Shown: in pieces, positions 36,484 to 47,220 of the stretch
Layout: every line of letters begins with the position of its first letter
How positions within the stretch are numbered: position 1 is the first letter of the stretch
Source of the DNA: Mobula hypostoma
Taxonomy: Eukaryota
Length of the DNA: 64,000 bases
Direction: 5' to 3'
Assembly (NCBI RefSeq): GCF_963921235.1
Contig: NC_086097.1
Coordinates: 189,598,001 to 189,662,000, forward strand
Notes under the pieces: generated by a model
What the model saw: the letters and a program-made list of their open reading frames with translations, nothing else
Databases searched by the model: none
Told to the model about the DNA's origin: nothing
Position numbers and translations under genes: made by a program

Positions 36484-37419
36484 ATGACTGTGAGGGCAGT
36501 TTGCTGTTCTCGGTGTCGGATGTGGGAGGCCCTGGAGTCTCCAAGCCTCCCGGACGTCTACATCTGCGCCAAGTGCATCGAGATGCAGCTCCTAAGGGAC
36601 CGCGTTACGGAACTGGAGCTGCAGCTCGATGACCTTCGTCTGGTCAGGGAGAGTGAGGAGGTGATAGAGAGGAGTGGAAGGCAGGTGGTCACGCCGGGGC
36701 CACGGGAGGCAGACAAGTGGGTCACGGTTAGGAGGGGGAAGGGGAAAAGGAAGGTGATGGGGAGTACCCCGGCGGCTGTGCCCCTTAACAACAGGTACTC
36801 CTGTTTGAGTACTGTTGGGGGGGACAGCTTACCCGGGGGAAGCGACAGTGGCCCTGCCTCCGGCACAGAGTCTGGCCCTGTAGCTCAGAAGGGTAGGGCA
36901 AGGAAGAGGAGGGCAGTTGTGATAGGGGACTCGATAGTAAGGGGGTCAGATAGGCGATTCTGTGGACGCAGTCCAGAGACTCGGATGGTAGTTTGCCTCC
37001 CTGGTGCCAGGGTCCGGGATATTTCTGATCGTGTCCAAGATATCCTGAAGTGGGAGGGTGAAGAGCCAGAGGTCCTGGTACATATAGGTACCAATGACAT
37101 AGGTAGGAAAAGGGATGAGGTCCTGAAAGAAGAATATAGGGAGCTAGGAAGGGAGTTGAGAAAAAGGACCGCAAAGGTAGTAATCTCGGGATTACTGCCT
37201 GTGCCACGCGACAGTGAGAGTAGGAATGCGATGAGGTGGAGGATAAATGCGTGGCTGAGGGATTGGAGCAGGGGGCAGGGATTCAAGTTTTTGGATCATT
37301 GGGACCTCTTTTGGCGCAGGTGTGACCTGTACAAAAAGGACGGGTTACACTTAAATCCTCGGGGGACCAATATCCTGGCAGGGAGATTAGCGGGGGCTAC
37401 TGAGGTGACTTTAAACTAG
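36484..37419 (+). CDS. CR1 ORF1p: zinc finger, leucine zipper and SGNH esterase
   Basis: First ATG at 36484. CSRC...CAKC, heptad leucines, and GDS, HIGTND and DGLH esterase blocks. Confidence 0.92.
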   Translation: MTVRAVCCSRCRMWEALESPSLPDVYICAKCIEMQLLRDRVTELELQLDDLRLVRESEEVIERSGRQVVTPGPREADKWVTVRRGKGKRKVMGSTPAAVPLNNRYSCLSTVGGDSLPGGSDSGPASGTESGPVAQKGRARKRRAVVIGDSIVRGSDRRFCGRSPETRMVVCLPGARVRDISDRVQDILKWEGEEPEVLVHIGTNDIGRKRDEVLKEEYRELGRELRKRTAKVVISGLLPVPRDSESRNAMRWRINAWLRDWSRGQGFKFLDHWDLFWRRCDLYKKDGLHLNPRGTNILAGRLAGATEVTLN

Positions 37420-37424
37420 AATGG

Positions 37425-40424
37425 TTGGGGGGTGGGAATCAAATTAAAGCGGCTAGGTGTGAGGAGGTTAGTTCACAACAGAGGGATGGGAACCAGTGCA
37501 GAGAGACAGAGGGGTGTAAAGTGAGCGTAGAAGCAAAAAGTACAAAGGGGAAAAGTAAAAGTGGCAGGCCGACAAATCCAGGGCAAGCATTAAAAAGGGC
37601 TAAGAGAGTTGTAAAAGAGTGCCTGAAGGCTTTATGTGTCAATGCAAGGAGCATTCGTAATAAGGTGGATGAATTGAAAGTGCAGATTGTTATTAATGAT
37701 TATGATATAGTTGGGATCACAGAGACATGGCTCCAGGGTGACCAGGGATGGGAGCTCAACGTTCAGGGATATTCAATATTCAGGAGGGATAGACACGAAG
37801 GAAGGGGAGGTGGGGTGGCGTTGCTGGTTAAAAAAGAGATTAACGCAATAGAAAGGAAGGACATAAGCCGGGAAGATGTGGAATCGATATGGGTAGAGCT
37901 GCGTAACACTAAGGGGCAGAAGACGCTGGTGGGAGTTGTGTACAGGCCACCTAACAGTAGTAGTGAGGTCGGAGATGGTATTAAACAGGAAATTAGAAAT
38001 GTGTGCAATAAAGGAACAGCAGTTATAATGGGTGACTTCAATCTACATGTAGACTGGGTGAACCAAATTGGTAAAGGTGCTGAGGAAGAGGATTTCTTGG
38101 AATGTATGCGGGATGGTTTTTTGAACCAACATGTCGAGGAACCGACTAGAGAGCAGGCTATTCTGGACTGGGTTTTGAGCAATGAGGAAGGGTTAATTAG
38201 CGATCTTGTCGTGAGAGGCCCCTTGGGTAAGAGTGACCATAATATGGTGGAATTCTTCATTAACATGGAGAGTGACGTAGTTAATTCAGAAACAAAGGTT
38301 CTGAACTTAAAGAGGGGTAACTTTGAAGGTATGAGACATGAATTAGCTAAGATAGACTGGCAAATGACACTTCAAGGATTGACGGTGGATATGCAATGGC
38401 AGGCATTTAAAGGTTGCATGGATGAACTACAACAATTGTTCATCCCAGTTTGGCAAAAGAATAAATCAAGGAAGGTAGTGCACCCGTGGCTGACAAGAGA
38501 AATTAGGGATAGTATCAATTCCAAAGAAGTAGCATACAAATTAGCCAGAGAAAGTGGCTCACCTGAGGACTGGGAGAAATTCAGAGTTCAGCAGAGGAGG
38601 ACAAAGGGCTTAATTAGGAAGGGGAAAAAAGATTATGAGAGAAAACTGGCAGAGAACATAAAAACGGACTGTAAAAGCTTTTATAGATATGTAAAAAGGA
38701 AAAGACTGATAAAGACAAATGTAGGTCCCCTGCAAACAGAAACAGGTGAATTGATTATGGGGAGCAAGGACATGGCAGACCAATTGAATAATTACTTTGG
38801 TTCTGTCTTCACTAAGGAGGACATAAATAATCTTCCAGAAATAGTAAGGGACAGAGGGTCCAGTGAGATGGAGGAACTGAGCGAAATACATGTTAGTAGG
38901 GAAGTGGTGTTAGGTAAATTGAAGGGATTGAAGGCAGATAAATTCCCAGGGCCAGATGGTCTGCATCCCAGAGTGCTTAAGGAAGTGGCCCAAGAAATAG
39001 TGGATGCATTAGTGATAATTTTTCAAAACTCGTTAGATTCTGGACTAGTTCCTGAGGATTGGAGGGTGGCTAATGTAACCCCACTTTTTAAAAAAGGAGG
39101 GAGAGAGAAACCGGGGAATTATAGGCCGGTTAGCCTAACGTCGGTGGTGGGGAAACTGCTGGAGTCAGTTATCAAGGATGTGATAACAGCACATTTGGAA
39201 AGCGGTGAAATGATCGGACAAAGTCAGCATGGATTTGTGAAAGGAAAATCATGTCTGACGAATCTCATAGAATTTTTTGAGGATGTAACTAGTAGAGTGG
39301 ATAGGGGAGAACCAGTGGATGTGGTATATTTGGATTTTCAAAAGGCTTTTGACAAGGTCCCACATAGGAGATTAGTGTGCAAACTTAAAGCACACGGTAT
39401 TGGGGGTAAGGTATTGGTGTGGGTGGAGAATTGGTTAGCAGACAGGAAGCAAAGAGTGGGAATAAACGGGACCTTTTCAGAATGGCAGGCGGTGACTAGT
39501 GGGGTACCGCAAGGCTCAGTGCTGGGACCCCAGTTGTTTACAATATATATTAATGACTTGGATGAGGGAATTAAATGCAGCATCTCCAAGTTTGCGGATG
39601 ACACGAAGCTGGGTGGCAGTGTTAGCAGTGAGGAGGATGCTAAGAGGATGCAGGGTGACTTGGATAGGTTGGGTGAGTGGGCAAACTCATGGCAGATGCA
39701 ATTTAATGTGGATAAATGTGAAGTTATCCACTTTGGTGGCAAAAATAGGAAAACAGATTATTATCTGAATGGTGGCCGATTAGGAAAAGGGGAGGTGCAA
39801 CGAGACCTGGGTGTCATTATACACCAGTCATTGAAAGTGGGCATGCAGGTACAGCAGGCGGTGAAAAAGGCGAACGGTATGCTGGCATTTATAGCGAGAG
39901 GATTCGAGTACAGGAGCAGGGAGGTACTACTGCAGTTGTACAAGGCCTTGGTGAGACCACACCTGGAGTATTGTGTGCAGTTTTGGTCCCCTAATCTGAG
40001 GAAAGACATCTTTGCCATAGAGGGAGTACAAAGAAGGTTCACCAGATTGATTCCTGGGATGGCAGGTCTTTCATATGAAGAAAGACTGGATGAACTGGGC
40101 TTGTACTCGTTGGAATTTAGAAGATTGAGGGGGGATCTGATTGAAACGTATAAGATCCTAAAGGGATTGGACAGGCTAGATGCAGGAAGATTGTTCCCGA
40201 TGTTGGGGAGGTCTAGAACGAGGGGTCACAGTTTGAGGATAGAGGGGAAGCCTTTTAGGACCGAGGTTAGGAAAAACTTCTTCACACAGAGAGTGGTGAA
40301 TCTGTGGAATTCTCTGCCACAGCAAACTGTTGAGGCCAGTTCATTAGCTATGTTTAAAAGGAAGTTAGATATGGCCCTTGTGGCTACAGGGGTCAGGGGG
40401 TATGGAGGGAAGGCTGGGTTCTGA
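37425..40424 (+). CDS. CR1 ORF2p: APE endonuclease plus reverse transcriptase (no ATG start)
   Basis: 999-codon open frame with NARS, ITETW, YRPP, GDFN, SDH, QGSVLGP and FADD. Frame is open from 37404, but the first in-frame ATG is at 38028. Confidence 0.93.
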   Translation: MGGGNQIKAARCEEVSSQQRDGNQCRETEGCKVSVEAKSTKGKSKSGRPTNPGQALKRAKRVVKECLKALCVNARSIRNKVDELKVQIVINDYDIVGITETWLQGDQGWELNVQGYSIFRRDRHEGRGGGVALLVKKEINAIERKDISREDVESIWVELRNTKGQKTLVGVVYRPPNSSSEVGDGIKQEIRNVCNKGTAVIMGDFNLHVDWVNQIGKGAEEEDFLECMRDGFLNQHVEEPTREQAILDWVLSNEEGLISDLVVRGPLGKSDHNMVEFFINMESDVVNSETKVLNLKRGNFEGMRHELAKIDWQMTLQGLTVDMQWQAFKGCMDELQQLFIPVWQKNKSRKVVHPWLTREIRDSINSKEVAYKLARESGSPEDWEKFRVQQRRTKGLIRKGKKDYERKLAENIKTDCKSFYRYVKRKRLIKTNVGPLQTETGELIMGSKDMADQLNNYFGSVFTKEDINNLPEIVRDRGSSEMEELSEIHVSREVVLGKLKGLKADKFPGPDGLHPRVLKEVAQEIVDALVIIFQNSLDSGLVPEDWRVANVTPLFKKGGREKPGNYRPVSLTSVVGKLLESVIKDVITAHLESGEMIGQSQHGFVKGKSCLTNLIEFFEDVTSRVDRGEPVDVVYLDFQKAFDKVPHRRLVCKLKAHGIGGKVLVWVENWLADRKQRVGINGTFSEWQAVTSGVPQGSVLGPQLFTIYINDLDEGIKCSISKFADDTKLGGSVSSEEDAKRMQGDLDRLGEWANSWQMQFNVDKCEVIHFGGKNRKTDYYLNGGRLGKGEVQRDLGVIIHQSLKVGMQVQQAVKKANGMLAFIARGFEYRSREVLLQLYKALVRPHLEYCVQFWSPNLRKDIFAIEGVQRRFTRLIPGMAGLSYEERLDELGLYSLEFRRLRGDLIETYKILKGLDRLDAGRLFPMLGRSRTRGHSLRIEGKPFRTEVRKNFFTQRVVNLWNSLPQQTVEASSLAMFKRKLDMALVATGVRGYGGKAGF

Positions 40425-40521
40425 GTTGGATGATCAGCCATGATCATAATAAATGGCGGTGCAGGCTCGAAGGGCCGAATGGCCTACTCCTGCACCTATT
40501 TTCTATGTTTTCTATGTTTTC

Positions 40522-42006
40522 TATCCCACCCTGCAAAAACTCATTTCAGGGAGGTAGCACCATTAATTTGTGGGAGACTCCTGGAACTTCTGGGAGAGTT
40601 GGGGTGTCTGCAATAGAGTAGCTCCTGAGCAGCTAGCCAGCTAGTTTAAATAACGTTAGCTATGGTAATGAACGAATGACACCTGTTAAACTCACCTCAA
40701 CATGTCTTTTACAGTCTTAACCCACCATGGGCAATAGAAAAGTCACTGTTGCAAATAGCGCAGCGAGCAACACTATCATTATTTTGACGCCTATTAGGCA
40801 GGTGTACACTTTAGTGTAGTCTGGGGTGACGTACGTTTTATATTTTCTTTTTTTGGAACACTCTGCCATGGCGTGCTCTCTCTCTCTCGTGGTCGCTCTC
40901 GTGCTGTCTTGCTTTCACTCTCTTGCTCGCTCTCAAAAAAATTGATTTCCGTGATATTGTATATAATTTGTGGGCATCAGGGAGCCACTATTAATATGCG
41001 GGAGACTCCCGGAACTTCAGGGAGAGGTGGGATGTCTGTCAGCCAGCACATCTTTAAGAAAAAAGCCGAAACAATCGACAGTCGCCTCTGATCTGGACCG
41101 ACATTTACATGCTGGGCGGCACCTAATCAATTAGCTTGTTTATTTTGGCTTTTTTTCTTAAAGATGTGCTGGGTGCGTTCCAGCCACCGCTGTATTCTTC
41201 GCAGTCCGGAGGTTGGGTCCACTGAATTATGTCACTTATAAGTCAATAGCATCATAACATTTTAAGTAACGTTTGGATATTAAACACACAGTGCATATTT
41301 TCCTCATATGAATATATAAAATCATTGCGATACACCAATATCGTTGAATCAGTGGGAGCCCTGGGCTTGTGTTCCTGCAACAACACGGTCCCATCGAGGG
41401 GTGATGGGAGACAGCGATACTCGAAGTGGGTTCCTTATGTCCAGTCTATTCCGCAATTTAGTTTTCATTGCATTCATTGCAGAAAACTTCACTTCGCAGA
41501 AATATGTTGGAAATGGAAGCAACATTTTCAATGCTTTCATGACTATCTCAAGATATTCAGCCTTGACTTTGATCCAGAATGCCAGCAGAGATGTTATGTC
41601 AAACATAATTTTCAGCCCACCATCATTTGCAAGCTCGAAGAATTGATCTTTTTCCCGCGCTGACATGGATGATTCACCAGGGACATTCACAAATGGGTCA
41701 CAGACCCATTCCTTTGCGCGTCTTGGGTCACTGATGACCTCACGTGCATTAAAATTAAACAGTGCATGACAGGGAATGAGGAAAGGTGCAGCTGACTCAT
41801 ATCCTTTCATATCGCCAAATCATATTGTTTCCTCGTGGCCCGGTGGTTGGGGACCACTCTTAGCATGAAGAGAGACCAATCAGGATGCTCGCTCTCCCTC
41901 TCAAAAAAATCTGTTTCTGGGATATTGTATATAATTTCTGGGCATCAGGGAGCCACTATCGATATGCGGGAGACTCCCAGAACTTCCAAGAGAGGTGGGA
42001 TGTCTG
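40522..42006. mobile_element. Non-autonomous composite DNA transposon (TIR CAGACATCCCACC, left TIR split by the CR1)
   Basis: Right end ggtgggatgtctg at 42006. Left end is split into cagacatcc (36150-36158) and atcccaccc (40523 onward). TSD tgatag at 35989-35994 and 42007-42012. Confidence 0.65.
41349..41810 (-). pseudogene. hAT (Charlie/Buster-like) transposase C-terminal dimerization domain fragment
   Basis: WVCDPF...FWIKVKAEY...ALKMLLPFPTYFCE..FSAM..MKTKLRNRL. hAT-like terminus ggttggggaccact at 41845-41858. Confidence 0.85.
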
Positions 42007-42410
42007 TGATAGGTTCTTGATTAGTCAGGGTGTCAAAGGTTATGGGGAGAAGGCAGGAGAATGGGGTTTCAAGGGATAATAAATCAGCCTTGATGGAATG
42101 GTGGTGCAGTCTTGAGGGGCCAAAAGACCTAATTCTTCTCCTGCGTCTTATTTACCGATCTATCTCTTTCAAAAGGTAGCCCATTTTACTGCTAAGAGTT
42201 TGCCTGCTAACTTATGGTAAGATGGGGCCTCTCAGAGGCCAGCCAAAGGTGCTTTTTTCATTTGTAAGTATGTTTTTGTACATAGTAAGATTATTCTTGA
42301 CTCCAATAACTATGTTTACTGTAGGTCTACTGCATCAGTGAGCTGCTCATTGTTTGGGAGTAGCTGGCCAGGGTGGTGTAAGAGCTGGCTGATGGTTCAG
42401 AGAAGGCCGC

Positions 42411-42469
42411 CGGGCCGAGGGATTCGAGTCGGGCTGTCGGGCCGAGGGATTCGAGTCGGGCTGTCGGGC
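42411..42469 (+). repeat. 27-bp GC-rich tandem duplication
   Basis: cgggccgagggattcgagtcgggctgt repeated twice, plus cgggc. Confidence 0.9.
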
Positions 42470-45400
42470 AGCAGGAGGAGCAGGTTGGGTTTGGGAGAGC
42501 TGACCATGCTGCTGCCTGCTATTCAGAGGCACTGGAGTTGGTGACTTCGAGTTAGCAAGAAGGCAGCGTGTAGTGAAACCATGAGCGACCATCTTAGACA
42601 TTACCTTTGCGATTGCAAGGTCATGTTGGCCATTGCTTGCCGCAGGCCTGCTACCCTTGCTTGGTGGAAAGACAGGTGGCGATGCAGCAGTGTCACCTCA
42701 GCTGTAGCTGTAGCAAGGACTAGGTCTCAAGCCTCGGGATTGCATTGCAGCATGGCATCCATGCTTGATTGACAGTGGCCCCTCCATCGGTGCTGCCCTC
42801 CAGTATTGGATCAGTGAAATTACAGGCTGGACTTCTGAGAACCATCAATTTGCAGGACTTGTCGCTCAGGGTCTTGGACTAAAGATGTGCTTTCTACGGT
42901 GACTATGTTCTTTCTTTTCTTTCTTGCTCTTTTGAATGCTCATGCATATTTTTGCACGTTAAGGCCCCAGAGGAACGCTGTCTCATGCAGTTGTATCCAT
43001 GTATGGATTGAATGACAATTAAACTTGGTTTGATTTGATTTGATTTGATTGATTTGATCATTCCAATTTACCTGGCTCAGGTCCTTTCTAATTGCATTGA
43101 ATAATTGGTCTTATTCCAATTAATTATTTTTTACTTTTGATTTTTCCTTCTTTTTTTATAGCAAAGCTCTATCTTATGCTATGTCCTTTGAAGATGGAAT
43201 ATAACTCTTCAGAAAGAATACTAAGTATTCAGTATGCCAAGAGTATTTTGATTGTCATTTCTTCTGAGAAAACAGTAAGGTTTGAATAACATTGCAGTAA
43301 TAGTCTGTAACAGATTCTAACTTAGTCATTATTATTTGTCCTGCAATTAAACAATTCCAATTCAGATTAAGACTGCTGAAGGTATTGCCCAAGGCCCAAG
43401 CATGGAGTTGTTTTTTTGGGTAGGAAATCAAAGTATAGAGGTTTAAGAAGAAAACTTCATAATAAGCAGAAATACTTGATTTAATGCACCTCAAGGCCTA
43501 AACAGTATTGTGGAATCATCACGTATGAATAGAAAACTGCAAAGGAAGAGGAAGAGCAAGGCTATGGATTGATTTAATAGCAACGTGCAAATATATACAT
43601 AAGTGGTCATATTGTCTAGAGTCTTATCAAACTGTATGTTTCAGCCACGAGATATTTAAGTCCTAATGGTAATTACTATTCCTGCTACAGATGTCAGACC
43701 ATTTTATGCACTGTAATGTAGCACAGCAAACCTTACAGCTAAATATTGCTGGAATTGCTAATTGCATCAACTTGAATGAAACTCAAGAGCTTAGAGGGTC
43801 AGTGAAATCTAACATTTCTCATTTAAATTTTAGATTCCATGCTGCAGTTTTTTGAAGCAACATTTGTTAAATTATTCAGGATCAAAATCAGATACTCTTA
43901 TTGTGTACATCAAAGTAAGTTTCGAGAGAAATAGTCATATGTCTGGTGGAGGATTAACTAGGAAAATCATGTCACTTGATTCTGAATTTTCAAAAATCTT
44001 TCACAAAGGCAGAAGTTTTATGTCGAACTTCATAAAATGTATGGCCAGGCACATGTAGCATGAGAAGTAGCAATATATAGTAGCAGCAACACTGAAAGCA
44101 GACATGGATTAAGCATAGGGAAAGAATAACAAAAGCAATAGTAATAACTGGCTTTACTTCACCCAGTATAATGTAGAATGTTTAATTTGCACTCCAGCTA
44201 TCACTTGCTAACCTATTAGCACATGGCTTATCAAGAATGCTTCATGTTCTCACAAACGTCTACCACCCCTCTGTCACTTTCTAAACTACCAACACATGAT
44301 TTCTCAAGGGTGCTTCATGTTCCCACAAATGACTTCTGTGATAGAACTTGTCAAATCCAGTCTTCACTAATTTGAAGGACAAGGGAAGCAGATTTATTGG
44401 GACTTCAATATAATATCTTCACAAATCTGTGTACTTGAAACCAAATTGGCAATAGTTTATTAGCAGAGCAGAATATGTAATGTTTCTTCGAATTCCTACT
44501 AAGGACTGAATGATCCATTCACTGTCACAGAGCAGGCATATCAAATGACTCTTCCAATCAGGATTGCAGTACATCCACACACTGAGAAGCATATGTTACC
44601 GTACATCTATGTACATATATATGCTACAAGAATCTAATTACTCTCTAAACTTTGCACCACCTTTATTCGGGATATATAACAGTTCCATTACTATTGCCAA
44701 GACACTCCTCGCAAGAGCACTGTGTGATTATACAGCTATCAAGACTGCAGCATTACACTATTGAGGATCACCATCACATTCTCACTGGCAATTAGACAAT
44801 GGGCAATAAATTCTGTTCGTCTCTGCCAACCACTAGATCGTGTTAATGAATGCAAATAATGCAGTCGAAATTTATGAAAGATGTTAGATGTTTTGATTAT
44901 TTTTAATGGCGTGGACTATTTTTCCCTAATGTCCAAACTTTAATAAACATCTTCAGTGTTTAAATCTGGAAAGTACTTGTACATTTTTTGTGAATTAACT
45001 AGATTATTATTCAGTTAATAGCCTAGATCAATTAATCTGGGAGTGTTGAAGGGTGCACAGGCATTAGACACTTGTATCATCCAAAGCTAAACTTAAAGAA
45101 AGACCCACTTTATTGATGTTTTGTTCTTTTATAACTATTGAAATATCAGTTGTCAGTATTATTACAAATTATTTACGATGAGTGAGTTACTAAGCAATGA
45201 GAGCATTGTTTAATCTTTCAGTCAATCTATTCTTTTTAATTCCTTGTAGACAGAATCTATTAATTTTCTATCATATCTTTGACTAGATATTCAGATCATT
45301 CTTCTATTTTTCTACATTTGTCAGATCCCTCGCAGCTATAAAAACAGTGCAGAACATTTGCAAATACCTCACAGTAGATTGGCTGGCTGAATAATTCATT

Positions 45401-46211
45401 CACTCATTTTAGGAAGTGTTGAACAGCTCCCAGGCCAAATTAATTCAGAAAATAAATTGCGATGAAAACATTTTATGATCTCATAATATAGCAACAGTTT
45501 TTGAGCAAAGCACAATGGCTGCTTCTATGATATTCCTTAATTCTAATAACTCTGAATTCCATTTGTTGACGGGATCTTGCTCTTGTTCCGTCTTTTTCAC
45601 TACCCATACTGATAACCCATCCCATAAATCTCTGTTCTTTTAGTTTTGAAGAAATGGTTCTTTCCATGTTTTCTATTGTTGCCATAATTTTTAAGTGTTT
45701 ACTTATGTTCTAGGATGATATGTGGAACTTTTCTCTATTCTCCTGCCAATATCTGTAGTAATGGTGAAAAAAAAGTCACAGCTTTTAAAGTGAATATGAC
45801 TGGAAACTTGAACGAGAGTAATTTGGAAAGCAATGGAGAAGGAACAGGAGGATGGAAGAAATGAATTTTCTCAACCAGGTCTCTGCATGGACTCAATAAG
45901 TCAAATCATCTCCTCCTGCATTGTAACATTTGAATGATTACATGATTCTATTAAAAGAATAAGCCTTTTGAAACAAGGATATCAAACAGTAGAATATCTA
46001 TGAGGTGGACCTGCAAATTCATGTACATCTGAAAATGTGCTAAAATGGTGTGGTGCAAAGGGACTTGCAGTTTTTTTTTACTTTTGCCACCGGAAATTGT
46101 TTTTCACTGTCTTATGCCATATAAGAGTTTATGTGCATTGTGCTACACATTTGCTCTCGGCAACCATAAATAAAATAAAGTCAGAGTCAAAAAGTTAATA
46201 AATAACATTAT

Positions 46212-47220
46212 CAAAAGTCCTCCATAACTTCCGCCACCTCCAACGGGACCCTACCACCAAGGACATCTTTCCCTCCCCCCCTTTCTACTTTCCGCAGGGA
46301 TCGCTCCCTACACAACTCCCTTGTCCATTCATCCCCCCATCCCTTCCCACTGATCTCCCACCCGGCACTTATCCTTGTAAGCGGAACCAGTGCTACACAT
46401 GCCCTTACACTTCCTCCCTCACTACCATTCAGGGCCCCAGACAGTCCTCCCAGTTGAGGTGACACTTCACCTGTGAGTTGGCTGGGGTGATATACTGCGT
46501 CCGGTGCTCCTGATGCGGCCTTCTATATATTGGCGAGACCCGACGCAGACTGGGAGACTGCTTCGCTGAACACCTACGCTCTGTCCGCCAGAGAAAGCAG
46601 GATCTCCCAGTGGCCACACATTTTAATTCCACATCCCATTCCCATTCTGACATGTCTATCCACTGCCTCCTCTACTGTAAAGATGAAGCCACACTCAGGT
46701 TGGAGGAACAACACCTTATATTCCGTCTGGGTAGCCTCCAACCTGATGGCATGAACATTGACATCTCTAACTTCCGTTAATGCCCCTCCTCCCCTTTGTA
46801 CCCCATCCCTTATTTATTTATTTATTTATTACCCCCCCCCTTTCTTTCTCTCTTTTTCCCCCTCTGTCCCTCTCACTATAACTGCTCTCCATCGTCTGGG
46901 CTCCCCTCCCCCTTTCTTTCTCCCTAGTCCTCCCGTCCCATGATCCTCTCCCTTCTCCAGCCTCGTATCCCTTTTGACAATCAGCTTTCCAGCTCTTAGC
47001 TCCATCCCTCCCTCTCCTGTCTTCTCCTATCATTTCGGATCTCCCCCTCTCACTTTCAAATCTCTTACTATCTCTTCTTTCAGTTAGTCCTGACGAAGGG
47101 TCTCGGCCTGAAACGTCGACTGTACATCTTCCTATAGATGCTGCCTGGCCTGCTGCGTTCAGCAGCATTTTTTGTGTGTGTTGCTTGAAATTCCAGCATC
47201 TGCAGATTTCCTCGTGTTTG
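46212..47220 (+). mobile_element. Penelope-like element 3' part (GIY-YIG plus pseudo-LTR)
   Basis: Homologous to 8627-9305 and 60508-61339, and includes a hammerhead. Confidence 0.9.
47086..47121 (+). ncRNA. Minimal type I hammerhead ribozyme
   Basis: agtc-CTGACGA-agggtctcggcct-GAA-acgt-C-gact, with helix I agtc/gact. Confidence 0.78.

Larger units (their letters stand above)
35998..40523 (+). mobile_element. Full-length, apparently intact CR1 LINE
   Basis: CpG-rich 5'UTR, uninterrupted ORF1 and ORF2, short 3'UTR and a (ttttctatg)n tail. Confidence 0.95.

Noticed and set aside
37421..37447. ATG right after the ORF1 stop as the ORF2 start (termination-reinitiation)
   Set aside because: It is out of frame with ORF2 and ends after 8 codons (MVGGWESN*).
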